Shown: positions 47,457-57,300 of the stretch, piece by piece
How the letters are laid out: every line of letters starts with the position of its first letter
Position numbering within the stretch: position 1 is the stretch's first letter
Source of the DNA: Nitrospinota bacterium
GTDB lineage: Bacteria; Nitrospinota_A; UBA7883; JACRLM01
NCBI GenBank assembly: GCA_016208975.1
Contig: JACQXA010000001.1
Span: forward strand, 1,834-65,833
Direction: 5' to 3'
Length of the DNA stretch: 64,000 nt
Position numbers and translations under genes: made by a program
Notes under the pieces: model-generated
What the model was told of the DNA's origin: nothing
The model's database searches: none
Seen by the model: only the letters and a program-made list of their open reading frames with translations

Positions 47457-48560
47457 ATGACAAAACAGGACTACTACGAGATTCTCGGCGTTCAAAAAAA
47501 CGCCTCGCCGGACGAGATAAAGAAAGCTTACAGGAAGAAAGCCTACCAGTACCATCCAGACCAGAACCCCGGCAACCCGGAAGCCGAGGAAAATTTCAAG
47601 GCGGCTTCGGAGGCCTACGAGGTTCTGCGCGATCCGGACAAAAAATCACTGTACGACAGATACGGCCATGATGGGCTAAAACAGACCGGTTTTTCCGGAT
47701 TCTCCGGGTTTGAGGACATTTTTTCCAGTTTCGGCGATGTTTTCGAAGACTTTTTTGGGTTTAGCGGCGCCCGCCGTGGCGCTCCAAACCAGCCGCGAAA
47801 AGGGGCCGACCTGCGGTACGACATGGAGGTCGAGTTCAAGGAGGCGGTTTTCGGTGTGGACAAAGATTTTGAGGTGGAGAAATACATCCTTTGCTCCGCC
47901 TGCGAAGGCTCCAGGAGCGAGCCCGGCTCCAAAAGCTCCGTATGCCCCACATGCCGGGGCGCCGGGAAGGTAACCAGGTCCCAGGGGTTCTTCGCCATTT
48001 CCACCGAATGCCCGTCGTGCCGGGGGGAAGGCGTGAAAATAACCAACCCATGCAAGAAATGCAAAGGCTCTGGCCAGACGCTGGAACGCAAGAAGCTTTC
48101 CGTGAAGATTCCAGCCGGTGTGGAGACAGGCTCCCAGCTCCGGTTGAAAGGGGAGGGGGAGCCCGGGCGCAACGGCGGCCCCGCGGGTAATCTTTACGTG
48201 GTGCTGTTCATCAAGGAAGACGAGGTTTTCAAACGCCACGGAGACGACATTGTAGTGACCGTGCCCATAACCTTTTCCCAGGCGGCCCTGGGGGCGGACA
48301 TCACTATACCCACCCTGGAGGGGGAGAAAGAGTTCAACATCCCCGCCGCCACCCAGAGTGAATCAATCCACAGGTTGCAGGGGATGGGCGTCCCCCACCT
48401 CAGGCATTACGGGCGGGGCGACCTCATAGTGCGGCTGGTGGTGATGACGCCGGAGAAGCTCGGCAAGCGGCAGGAGGAGCTTTTCAGGGAGTTGGCGGAG
48501 CTGGATAAAAGCTCCGTGCGGGCGCACCAGAAAGGCTTTTTCGAGAAATTTATGGGGTGA
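47457..48560 (+). CDS. dnaJ: molecular chaperone DnaJ
   Basis: J domain (DYYEILGV…[13 protein letters not shown]), G/F region, four CxxCxGxG zinc-finger repeats. dnaK is not adjacent. Confidence 0.92.
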   Translation: MTKQDYYEILGVQKNASPDEIKKAYRKKAYQYHPDQNPGNPEAEENFKAASEAYEVLRDPDKKSLYDRYGHDGLKQTGFSGFSGFEDIFSSFGDVFEDFFGFSGARRGAPNQPRKGADLRYDMEVEFKEAVFGVDKDFEVEKYILCSACEGSRSEPGSKSSVCPTCRGAGKVTRSQGFFAISTECPSCRGEGVKITNPCKKCKGSGQTLERKKLSVKIPAGVETGSQLRLKGEGEPGRNGGPAGNLYVVLFIKEDEVFKRHGDDIVVTVPITFSQAALGADITIPTLEGEKEFNIPAATQSESIHRLQGMGVPHLRHYGRGDLIVRLVVMTPEKLGKRQEELFRELAELDKSSVRAHQKGFFEKFMG

Positions 48561-48730
48561 GGCGGGGGCGCTTATCCCACCATGATATTGACCGCTTCCC
48601 CGTGGTCGCCCGACCACGGGAATGGTTTGGCGGGAAACCGGGGTAAACGACCCCGGCGAAGCAAACCTGGTAGGCTGGGCCCGTGATGGCGGGCTAGCCG
48701 GGCCGCGAAGCCTTCCAGCAATGCGCGGTT

Positions 48731-49657
48731 CTATTTGTTCAGGAAGTACTGGTCTATAAGCTCAATCAGCTGGCTGGTCTGCGGTTTTGTGGTATAGGCG
48801 TTGGCGCCCACCTCGCGGCATTTCATGGCCATCTGTTCGTTTATCATCGAGGAGAACATGATAACCGGCAGGTCTATGCCCGCGTCCATCTTCACCTTCC
48901 GGCAAAGGGTAAGCCCGTCCATCTGGGGCATCTCGATGTCCGTAAGTATGCCGCTTATGAATTTCTTTATGGGCACACGCTGGCTCTCCGCCTCTTCCTT
49001 GATCTCCATAACTTTGGCGAAGGCGTCCTTGCCGTTGGTGAAAACCGTCAGGTTCGTGTAACCGACTTTTTTGAGTATTTTTATAACGGCGTCCCTTATC
49101 AATGGCGAATCCTCCGCCACGATTATCTGGGCCTCTTCCCTGCGCAGGGAGCTGGCGGGCAAATTATCCTCGTCGTAAGTGACGGCGGATTGGGGATAGA
49201 TGGTGGATATGATGTGCTCCAGGTCCAGAATGAGTATCTGCCTGTCTTCAAAATGCACGGTGCTGGTTATCATGGGCCGGTACTGGGAGACGAAATTGGC
49301 CACCGGTTTGACGCTCTCCCAGGAACAGCGGTGGATCTGGCGGACACCGTCCACCAGGAACCCGTTCACCAGGGTGTTGAACTCGCACACCAATATGACG
49401 CGCCGGTCGGAGTTGGACACATGCTCGTTTTTTAATATGGACGCCAGGTCTATAAGCGGGAAAGTCTCGTTCCGGAGGTAGTACAGGCCAAGCATGGCCG
49501 GGTGGTGTTCCGGGATGGGGGTGATGGATTTGCCATCGTACTGGATTATCTCCCGCACCTTGGCCACGTTCACCCCGTAGCTTTGGGAGCCCACGAAGAA
49601 TTCGACTATCTCAAACTCGTTGGTTCCGCTTTCAAGAAGGATTTCCTGCCCGTTCAT
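48731..49657 (-). CDS. cheV: chemotaxis protein CheV (CheW-like domain + receiver domain)
   Basis: N-terminal CheW-like domain and C-terminal REC domain (IIVAEDSPLIRD…DIEMPQMDG…KP). Confidence 0.85.
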   Translation of the reverse strand: MNGQEILLESGTNEFEIVEFFVGSQSYGVNVAKVREIIQYDGKSITPIPEHHPAMLGLYYLRNETFPLIDLASILKNEHVSNSDRRVILVCEFNTLVNGFLVDGVRQIHRCSWESVKPVANFVSQYRPMITSTVHFEDRQILILDLEHIISTIYPQSAVTYDEDNLPASSLRREEAQIIVAEDSPLIRDAVIKILKKVGYTNLTVFTNGKDAFAKVMEIKEEAESQRVPIKKFISGILTDIEMPQMDGLTLCRKVKMDAGIDLPVIMFSSMINEQMAMKCREVGANAYTTKPQTSQLIELIDQYFLNK

Positions 49658-49804
49658 TTACATGTCTCCGGCGCAAAATCGCCGCCTCGGTTTGACTGGT
49701 TTTTAATAATGGATTCCGGTAAAGCCCGACAGCCCAAAGGAGAAATGTGACTGCCGGTGATTAAAGATTACCTAACGGCTAATGATAGGACAACCCGGAA
49801 CCAA

Positions 49805-51355
49805 TTACAACTCTCCCATGGCCTGGGGCATCAAATTTAGCAAGTCCGAGGCCATGAGGGTTATGGATTGCACGTGTTTCGCCTTATAAATGTCCGCCAG
49901 CAGGCCGTGGATGTAAGCCCCGGCCACGGCGGCCTTCCATGCCTCGGCCCCTTGGGCCAGCAGGCCACCGATGAGCCCCGTAAGCACATCTCCCGTGCCG
50001 CCGGAGGCCAAACCCTCGTTCCCGGTGGGGTTTATATAGTTGGCCCCATCGGGGGTGGATATAACCGTTCCAGCCCCCTTCAGCGCCACGATCGCTCCGG
50101 TTTCCATGGCAAGCGCGGATGCGGCTTTAAGCCTGTCCTGTTGAACTTGGGCGGCGGTTTGGCCCGTTAGCCTCCCCATCTCGCCTGGGTGGGGTGTGAT
50201 GATTGTGGGGTGTTTCCGCCGCTTGATAATATCCATATGCCCGGCAAGACAGTTCAGCCCATCGGCGTCCAGCACCATGGGGATTTCCGCCGATTCCACC
50301 ACACGCCGGACGAACGAAGCGGTGGATGGATGGGTTGTAAGTCCCGGACCCATGGCTATGGCGGACTTCCCCTCCAGCGCCGCCATGAACCGATCGAACC
50401 CCCCATCGGATATGGAGCCTGTCTCCGTTTCTGGTAGGGGCAGGCCGATAACCTCCATGGCGCCCAGCTCGAAAGAGGGGAGGAGGTTGGAAGGCAACGC
50501 CGCAGTGACAAGGCCAGTCCCCGCACGCAGGGCTGAAAGGCCGCAAAGCGCCGCCGCGCCACCCATGCCAGTGGAGCCGCAAGCGGTTAGCAGATGCCCG
50601 AAGGTTCCCTTATGCCCGTCCGGCGGGCGGCGGGGAAGCATTTTGCGGATGTCCTCTTTTTCCGGGAGCCACCCTGAGCAGGGGGATTCATCCACCACCT
50701 TCGAGGGGATGGAAATATCGGCTATCACGAGCTGACCTACAGCGTTTCTGGCTGGAGTTATAAGTAAACCGGGTTTTGGCAGGCCGAAAGTGACCGTAAC
50801 ATCGGCCACAAAATGCGCGCCGGGAATGGAACCGTCGTCGGCCATGACGCCGGAGGGAATATCCACCGCCACTTTCAGTTTGCCCTGGCCGTTCATAGCC
50901 TCCAACGCCTGGATATAAAATCCCTTTGGCTCTGAAGATGCCCCCGTGCCCAGAAGGGCGTCCACCACTACGGTGGTGTGGAAGAACTTGAGTTTGAAGT
51001 TGTGGATGTGTTTTTCGGTAGTGAACTCTTTAACCCGCCCGCCTATGGCTATGAAGCTGTCCAGGTTTATGCGGGCGTCCCCTTTTATCTCTTCCTTTTC
51101 AGCCACAAGGAACACCGTGGGTTCGGCCCCCAAGTTGAAAAGGTGGCGCGCCACCACAAACCCGTCGCCGCCGTTATTCCCCTTGCCACAGAAGATGTTA
51201 ACCCGCGTCTTGCGCAGGTCCGGAATTTTTTCCCGGATGGCGTTAACCACCGCAATCCCGGCGTTTTCCATAAGGACCACGCCGGGTATCCCCATCTCCT
51301 CGATAGTCCGGCGGTCTATATCCCGCATCTGCGCGGCGGTAACAACTTTTATCAT
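49805..51355 (-). CDS. nnr: bifunctional NAD(P)H-hydrate repair enzyme (epimerase + ADP-dependent dehydratase)
   Basis: N-terminal YjeF_N and C-terminal carbohydrate-kinase-like YjeF_C domains, 516 aa. Confidence 0.85.
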   Translation of the reverse strand: MIKVVTAAQMRDIDRRTIEEMGIPGVVLMENAGIAVVNAIREKIPDLRKTRVNIFCGKGNNGGDGFVVARHLFNLGAEPTVFLVAEKEEIKGDARINLDSFIAIGGRVKEFTTEKHIHNFKLKFFHTTVVVDALLGTGASSEPKGFYIQALEAMNGQGKLKVAVDIPSGVMADDGSIPGAHFVADVTVTFGLPKPGLLITPARNAVGQLVIADISIPSKVVDESPCSGWLPEKEDIRKMLPRRPPDGHKGTFGHLLTACGSTGMGGAAALCGLSALRAGTGLVTAALPSNLLPSFELGAMEVIGLPLPETETGSISDGGFDRFMAALEGKSAIAMGPGLTTHPSTASFVRRVVESAEIPMVLDADGLNCLAGHMDIIKRRKHPTIITPHPGEMGRLTGQTAAQVQQDRLKAASALAMETGAIVALKGAGTVISTPDGANYINPTGNEGLASGGTGDVLTGLIGGLLAQGAEAWKAAVAGAYIHGLLADIYKAKHVQSITLMASDLLNLMPQAMGEL

Positions 51356-51384
51356 TGAACTGCGCCTTGCTACGGGGTTTGGGC

Positions 51385-53676
51385 TTACGCCTGGTTCTTC
51401 ATCCCGAAATACTCGTTGAGCTTCTTCTCTATCTCACCGAGCAGGAATTTCAGTTCCACTATCTGGGCTCCGGCTTTGTCTATCACCCGTTCCTCTTCCT
51501 TCAACGCGCCCGCCTTGGCCTGCACGTCTTCGGCCAGAATGTTCAGGTCGTTCAACCTCTGCTCCAGCCGGGTGACGATGGCCAGCTTGGAAGACAGACG
51601 CTCCATCTTGGATTCTTCCTCGCTCATCATCTCGTTGATGCCGGATATGCGGGTGGTGATGGCCTTGAAGCTTTCCTTGTCCCGCTCCAGCGCCTCTTTC
51701 TGGGCATGGGCGTCCCGCAGGGATGCCTGGAGACCGGCCATCTGTTCGGCCATCTTCTTTATGTCCTCTTCCTTGCCCTTCAAAGTGGCTATGCGGTCAT
51801 CTATGGAGGAGTAAACGGTACTCAGGTAAGACAGCTTCTTCTCCATATCCACTATACGCTCGTCCTGCTCACCCAGGTAGCGGACCCGCTCTTCCACTTC
51901 CGTTATTTTCCCGGCGATGGACTCCACCTTTTCCTTCACCACATCACTGTCTTTCACCAGGCGTTTGGCCTCGTCGATCTGCTCCTGGGCGCGGGTGAGG
52001 GCCGGGTTGATGGTCTGCTGGATGCTTTTCAGCTCTTCGAGTTTCTTGTAGCCCGCTTCCGCTTCGGATATCTTGCCGTTTATTCCGTCCTCCACCTCGG
52101 ACAGCCTGTCATACAGGTTTTTTAGCCTGGCTTCGGTGGCGTCCACGTTGGCCTTTTCCTTCGCCAGGCCCAGCAGACGTTCTTCTAGCGAACCGGTCAT
52201 CTGGCTGAAACTTTCTATCCTGCGGTCCAGGGAATCCACCATTTCGGTTTTCCTGGTTACCTTGTCGATCTTCAGGTTGGCGTCTTCGATGAGGTAATCC
52301 AGCCCGTCCAGCTTTTTCTCCAGCTTTTCGATAAGACCCCGCCGTTCCAGCTGGTTCTCCATTTTTATGTCCAGGTTCAACACCATGTCGTTGAGGGAGT
52401 TTATTTTCCCTTCCACCTGCTCCACCATAATCTTGCGTTGGGCAAGCTCCTCCATGCGGCGGTTCACGGTGTCGAACATGTCGCCGAGGCGGTTGACGTT
52501 GGTTTCGATCTCCTCGGCGACCTTGGCCTCCTGCCGGAACTTTGAAAGTTTCTCCTCCACCTGCCCGGCGGAGTCGAAAAACCGCTCCACGTTCTGCTGG
52601 GCGCCCTCCACCACCTTTAACTGATCCGACACCAGCTTAAGCTTTTCCTCAACGACGCCGGTAAGCTGGGTGTTAAGCTCGTTTACCTTGGTCTCCACCA
52701 CCTTGGCCCGTTTCTCTTCCTCACGAAGACGCGTAAGGTTCATCTCCACATTGGCCGAAAGCCTGTCCAGGTCCGCCAGCCGTTCGCCGATCTTGCGCAC
52801 CTGGTCTTCCCGGGAGAGCACGTTGCGCATCTCCACCCGGAGGGAGTTTATGTTCTGCAGGAATTCGGAAACCTCCCGCTGGGTCTCGGAAACAAGGCTC
52901 TTTTGTTGCGTCAGCTCGTCTATGGCGGTCTGCATGGAGTCCAGCGAGTTCTGGTTCCGTTTTACGTCGGCGTTAAGGCGCTCCACCGATTGTTTGTGGG
53001 AGGTGAGGGATTCCATCCTGGCGTCCATTTCACCAAGGGTTTTGCGCATGGAGTGGCTTTTATCCTCCGCCTGGGATAGAAGCTCCTTGAACTTGTCGAT
53101 GCTTTCCATGCGGCTGGACACGGTTTCCAGCATGTTTTCCAGCCGGACTATGTTCTTTTCAGACTTGCGGACAAGCTTGTTCTCCTCGGCAAGGCGCTTG
53201 ATGCGGGATTCCATGTCCCAAAACAGGACATTCAGCTTTCCGGCTTCCTCGTTGGCCCGCTCCACGATGACCCTTTGGAGGGATAGAGCCTTTATTTTCG
53301 AGTTGATGTGCTCCACCAACCTGTTTACGGAGTCTATGTCCTTCTTATTCCGGTTCAGCTGATCCATAACCTCTTCGGCTTTCTGAGCCGTCTCGCCGAT
53401 GGAGGAGCCTACGCCACGGAACTCCGCAAGCTTCCGGTCCATATCGCTGGATATGGAGTCTATCCCCGCCAGTTTTTCCTCCACCCGGCGGAACACTTCC
53501 ACCTTGTTTTCCAGAGGTTCAAGGTTCTTCGATATATATTCCACCAGAAGCTGGATGGTCTTGCGCTCTTTGGCCGCCTCGTCCAGAAATTCCCTGTAGG
53601 CCGCCATGCCAGCGCCTGACATGTTTTCTATATCCGCCCTGGCGGTATCGGATTCACTGCTGGTGTGGTCGCTCAT
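51385..53676 (-). CDS. large coiled-coil protein, function unknown
   Basis: 763 aa, almost entirely heptad-like, rich in E/K/R/L. No TM, no nucleotide-binding motif. Upstream of nnr in the same orientation. Confidence 0.55.
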   Translation of the reverse strand: MSDHTSSESDTARADIENMSGAGMAAYREFLDEAAKERKTIQLLVEYISKNLEPLENKVEVFRRVEEKLAGIDSISSDMDRKLAEFRGVGSSIGETAQKAEEVMDQLNRNKKDIDSVNRLVEHINSKIKALSLQRVIVERANEEAGKLNVLFWDMESRIKRLAEENKLVRKSEKNIVRLENMLETVSSRMESIDKFKELLSQAEDKSHSMRKTLGEMDARMESLTSHKQSVERLNADVKRNQNSLDSMQTAIDELTQQKSLVSETQREVSEFLQNINSLRVEMRNVLSREDQVRKIGERLADLDRLSANVEMNLTRLREEEKRAKVVETKVNELNTQLTGVVEEKLKLVSDQLKVVEGAQQNVERFFDSAGQVEEKLSKFRQEAKVAEEIETNVNRLGDMFDTVNRRMEELAQRKIMVEQVEGKINSLNDMVLNLDIKMENQLERRGLIEKLEKKLDGLDYLIEDANLKIDKVTRKTEMVDSLDRRIESFSQMTGSLEERLLGLAKEKANVDATEARLKNLYDRLSEVEDGINGKISEAEAGYKKLEELKSIQQTINPALTRAQEQIDEAKRLVKDSDVVKEKVESIAGKITEVEERVRYLGEQDERIVDMEKKLSYLSTVYSSIDDRIATLKGKEEDIKKMAEQMAGLQASLRDAHAQKEALERDKESFKAITTRISGINEMMSEEESKMERLSSKLAIVTRLEQRLNDLNILAEDVQAKAGALKEEERVIDKAGAQIVELKFLLGEIEKKLNEYFGMKNQA

Positions 53677-54059
53677 CGTTTAAAAGATCCTCCTGGATGC
53701 TGTGACGGGCGCCGGGATCCGGCGCAATAAAGTTAAGGATTTTCCCGGTGATTATACAGAAAAACGGTCATCCGCTGGGTTTGTTTTTTCAATTTGACCT
53801 CCGGCGCGCCTGGCCACGGAGGAATTACCGGCGCGGTCCTTACGTCACGCGGCGTTACGCCGTATAGCGCTATATCGCTTAATTGCTGGAACCCGAAAAG
53901 AACACGTGTTCCGAAAAACCGCGTCATCAGCGGGTGAAACGACGCTTGCGATGAATTAAAAAAACCAACTTTTGTGTTGAACTGCTTATTAAACTCTGGT
54001 AAAAATCACTAACCTTTAAGTTCCGATTAAGCTACAACGCATGAGAGGAGAACCGTTAG

Positions 54060-54353
54060 ATGGCTGGAAAAAAACCAATGACCAAGGGGCAAATCGCTGA
54101 CAACATCGCCACCGCATCCGGCTTAACAAAGAAGCTGGCCGCCCAGATCCTGGACGGTTTGGCCGCTTTGGCCTACAAAGAGGCGAAAAATGGCTTCACC
54201 CTGCCGGGGTTGGGCAAACTGGTTCTGGTTCAGAGGAAAGCCCGCAAGGGTAGGAATCCGCAGACTGGCGAAGTAATAAAAATACCCGCGAAGAAGGTTG
54301 TTAAATTCCGCGTGGCCAAAGCCTGCAAAGACGCCGTACTGGGCTCCAAATAG
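54060..54353 (+). CDS. hup: HU/IHF family DNA-binding protein
   Basis: 97 aa, HU fold signature (…GFGKF…RNPQTGE…I…KV.KF…). Confidence 0.85.
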   Translation: MAGKKPMTKGQIADNIATASGLTKKLAAQILDGLAALAYKEAKNGFTLPGLGKLVLVQRKARKGRNPQTGEVIKIPAKKVVKFRVAKACKDAVLGSK

Positions 54354-54543
54354 GGGCTCTGATTTTCGTTAAACCGGCCCGGCGGAAAGGGTGTGGGGGA
54401 AAATACAAAAACCCGCGTTCCGCTGGCCGGTTTTTCTTTTTGCCTAAAGCGGTTTAAGCGCCGCCATGGCTAGCATTCACAAGGCGTTAAGGCCCCAAAC
54501 CGCTAAAAAATGTTGGGCGGCCTTGGTGAGTTATGTTATCATC

Positions 54544-54619
54544 CAAACTTTGTGGGGCAGTAGCTCAGTTGGGAGAGCGCAGCGTTCGCAATGCTGAGGT
54601 CAGGGGTTCGATCCCCCTC
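54544..54619 (+). tRNA. tRNA-Ala (anticodon CGC)
   Basis: GGGGCAGUAGCUCAGUUGGGAGAGCGCAGCGUUCGCAAUGCUGAGGUCAGGGGUUCGAUCCCCCUCUGCUCCACCA. G3:U70 Ala identity pair, anticodon loop UUCGCAA, CCA encoded. Confidence 0.9.
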
Positions 54620-54649
54620 TGCTCCACCAATTTTTCCAGCCATCCTACC

Positions 54650-56104
54650 GCTTTATTATTAAAGCTGTTCACACTTTTTCTATCGGTCTTGGTTTATTCC
54701 GGTTGCGCCGGCACAGGCTCTTATAAAAACCAGTCATCGCTTATAGATCCTCCTTCCGCGTCGAAAACCATGGCAAATGCCGCAAAAGAAGGGGCGCTTA
54801 CGCCTGGGCCGTGGCCGGGTATTGAGTGGTGGAGGGATTTTAACGACCCGGTTCTTGCAAAACTGGTTGAGGAATCCTTCAGTAATTCACCTGAAATGAA
54901 GCTGGCCCAGGCCAAGGCCCGATTTGCCGACGCGCAGGCGCGGCTTGCCGGAGCGGTGGATACTCCTGACGTTTCGATGAACGCTGAATCTTTCCGCCAG
55001 CGGATAAGCGACAACGGCTTGATACCGACCAGGTTTTTCCAAAATCCGAACACGCTGACGCAGGCATCTTTAGCATTCAGCTACGAACTGGACATCTGGG
55101 GCCTTCACGCCTCCATCATAAAAAGCGCTTTAGGCGAGGCCGCGGCAGTTAAGGCCGAAACCTATATGGCCAGACTGTTACTCTCGTTCGCCGTGGCCCA
55201 GGCGTACTTCGACCTATCATGGTTCCGGGAACGGCTGGAGCTTATGGGAATACTCCTTGCCAACAGTGAATCGTTGGAACGCCTTGCCGCTAAAAGGGTG
55301 GAGGGGGGATTGGATTCCATAACCTCCCTGCAAAAGGCGCGACTAGATCTGGAGCTAATGCGTTCCTCGGTAGCCGGGGCCAAACGTGACGCTGGCATGG
55401 CCGCCAACAAACTTGCCGCGTTAATGGGGCGCGGGCCGGACTATGCCATGTCCAGCGAAACGGCCAAATCGCGGGATTTTGCCTCTCCCGCCGCGTTGCC
55501 GGATAACCTGATGACGGACATTCTCGCAAGAAGGCCGGACATCATCGCCGCGAAGTTGAGAGTGGTAACGGCGGGGTATCGCGTGGACGCGGCCCGGGCG
55601 CTGTTTTACCCAAATGTGAACATCAGGGCGCTGGTGGGGCTTCAAAGCGTGGATATAGAAAAACTGTTCAATGCTGATAGCCATATGTATAACTTCGGTC
55701 CGGCAATCCACCTGCCCCTTTTCGACGGGGGCAGGCTTTCGGCCAATCTTGAATCCCGTGGCGTGGAATGGGACATGGCCGTGGAAAAATACAACCTGAC
55801 GGTGATTAACGCGGTAAAAGAAACGGCGGACTCGGTTATTTCAGTGGATGGCGCCGCAAAAAGGTTAGAGTCTGGAAAGATGGCGCTGGAAGCCGCGCAA
55901 GCCGGTTATGAGGCCATCCGGAAACGGCGCGAAGCGGGGCTGGACGATGCCATGGCGGAGATAAACGCCAGCGGTATGATGATTGTCCAGCGGTTAGAGT
56001 TGGCCACGGCCCGGCGTGAAAACCTTACAGCCAGGGTTTTGCTGATAAAATCACTGGGCGGAGGATATATGAGTGATGAGTTGCTTGCGGGAAACACCAA
56101 ATGA
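54650..56104 (+). CDS. outer membrane efflux lipoprotein (OMF/NodT family)
   Basis: Lipobox LVYSGCAG then TolC-like repeats. The ORF 54533-56104 overlaps the tRNA, so the true start is downstream of 54619 with a non-ATG start; exact start uncertain. Confidence 0.7.
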   Translation, partial: ALLLKLFTLFLSVLVYSGCAGTGSYKNQSSLIDPPSASKTMANAAKEGALTPGPWPGIEWWRDFNDPVLAKLVEESFSNSPEMKLAQAKARFADAQARLAGAVDTPDVSMNAESFRQRISDNGLIPTRFFQNPNTLTQASLAFSYELDIWGLHASIIKSALGEAAAVKAETYMARLLLSFAVAQAYFDLSWFRERLELMGILLANSESLERLAAKRVEGGLDSITSLQKARLDLELMRSSVAGAKRDAGMAANKLAALMGRGPDYAMSSETAKSRDFASPAALPDNLMTDILARRPDIIAAKLRVVTAGYRVDAARALFYPNVNIRALVGLQSVDIEKLFNADSHMYNFGPAIHLPLFDGGRLSANLESRGVEWDMAVEKYNLTVINAVKETADSVISVDGAAKRLESGKMALEAAQAGYEAIRKRREAGLDDAMAEINASGMMIVQRLELATARRENLTARVLLIKSLGGGYMSDELLAGNTK

Positions 56105-57279
56105 ACGGCCCCGATACTAAAACAGAAGCGCCCCGGCAGGAAGCAAGCCCGAACCATAAAAGAAAGCGGATTATCTCGATTCTGCTGGCCGGGTTCGCGT
56201 TGGCGGGTGTGGCTTTCGGCGCTTATTGGCTGATTATAGGCCGTCATTACGCATATACCGACAATGCTTATGTGGCCGGGAATATCGTGCAGGTGGAGCC
56301 TCAGGCGGCGGGCACGGTGGTGGCAATATACGCCGATGAAACCGACATGGTGGAGAAGGGCCAACTGCTGATAAAGATTGGTGACGCCGACGCCTCTGTC
56401 GCATTGGACCAGGCCAAGGCCGAGCTGGCCCAGACTGTGCGAAAAACCCGTAAGCTTTTCGAGCAGGTGGAAGAATTAAAATCCGCTTTGGCGCTACGCA
56501 AGCTGGAGACAGAACGGCTGGCGGCGGAATACCAGCGCAGAAAAGAGCTGGTGGCGGACAGGGCTGTTTCGGAAGAAGATTACGGCCGGTCGAAGGCGGC
56601 TTGGGAAGAGGCAGTAAAAGCCGAAAAGGTGGCGGAAAAACAACTGGCCGGGGCGGTGGCGCTGGCGGGCGCCGGAAAACTGGAAATCCATCCGGATGTG
56701 CAGGGGGCCAAAGCCCGGGTTATGGCCGCTTATCTTAATCTTGCACGGTCGGAGATAAGGTCTCCGGTTACGGGGCATGTGGCCAAACGTAACGCCCAGC
56801 TGGGGGGCAGGATAGCGCCGGGGAAGCCTGTAATATCGGTGGTTCCGCTGGACCAGTTATGGGTGGACGCCAATTTCAAAGAGACCCAACTGCACGACAT
56901 CCGTGTTGGACAACAGGTGGAGATAACCTCCGACCTGCACGGGGATGGGGTGAAATACCATGGCAAGGTGATCAGCCTTGGCGCGGGCACGGGTAGCGTG
57001 TTTTCGATACTTCCCCCGCAAAACGCCACGGGCAACTGGATAAAAATAGTCCAGCGCGCCCCGGTGAGGATAAGCCTGGAGCCGGAAAGATTGAAGGAAC
57101 ATCCCCTAATATTGGGCCTTTCGTTGCAAGTTACCGTGGACACCCATGATCTGAGCGGAGCCCAGCTTGCGGGCCGCGCCAAGGAAGCGGGGAAATACGC
57201 CACCGATATCTATCAGCGCCAGTCCGATGGGGCGGCGGATATGATCAACGGTATAATCAGGGAAAACCTGGCCCCGTAA
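56101..57279 (+). CDS. emrA: HlyD/EmrA-family membrane fusion protein
   Basis: N-terminal TM anchor, coiled-coil hairpin and beta-barrel domain. Start overlaps OMF stop (ATGA). Confidence 0.85.
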   Translation: MNGPDTKTEAPRQEASPNHKRKRIISILLAGFALAGVAFGAYWLIIGRHYAYTDNAYVAGNIVQVEPQAAGTVVAIYADETDMVEKGQLLIKIGDADASVALDQAKAELAQTVRKTRKLFEQVEELKSALALRKLETERLAAEYQRRKELVADRAVSEEDYGRSKAAWEEAVKAEKVAEKQLAGAVALAGAGKLEIHPDVQGAKARVMAAYLNLARSEIRSPVTGHVAKRNAQLGGRIAPGKPVISVVPLDQLWVDANFKETQLHDIRVGQQVEITSDLHGDGVKYHGKVISLGAGTGSVFSILPPQNATGNWIKIVQRAPVRISLEPERLKEHPLILGLSLQVTVDTHDLSGAQLAGRAKEAGKYATDIYQRQSDGAADMINGIIRENLAP

Positions 57280-57300
57280 AAAACGGACACGCCTGAATTC

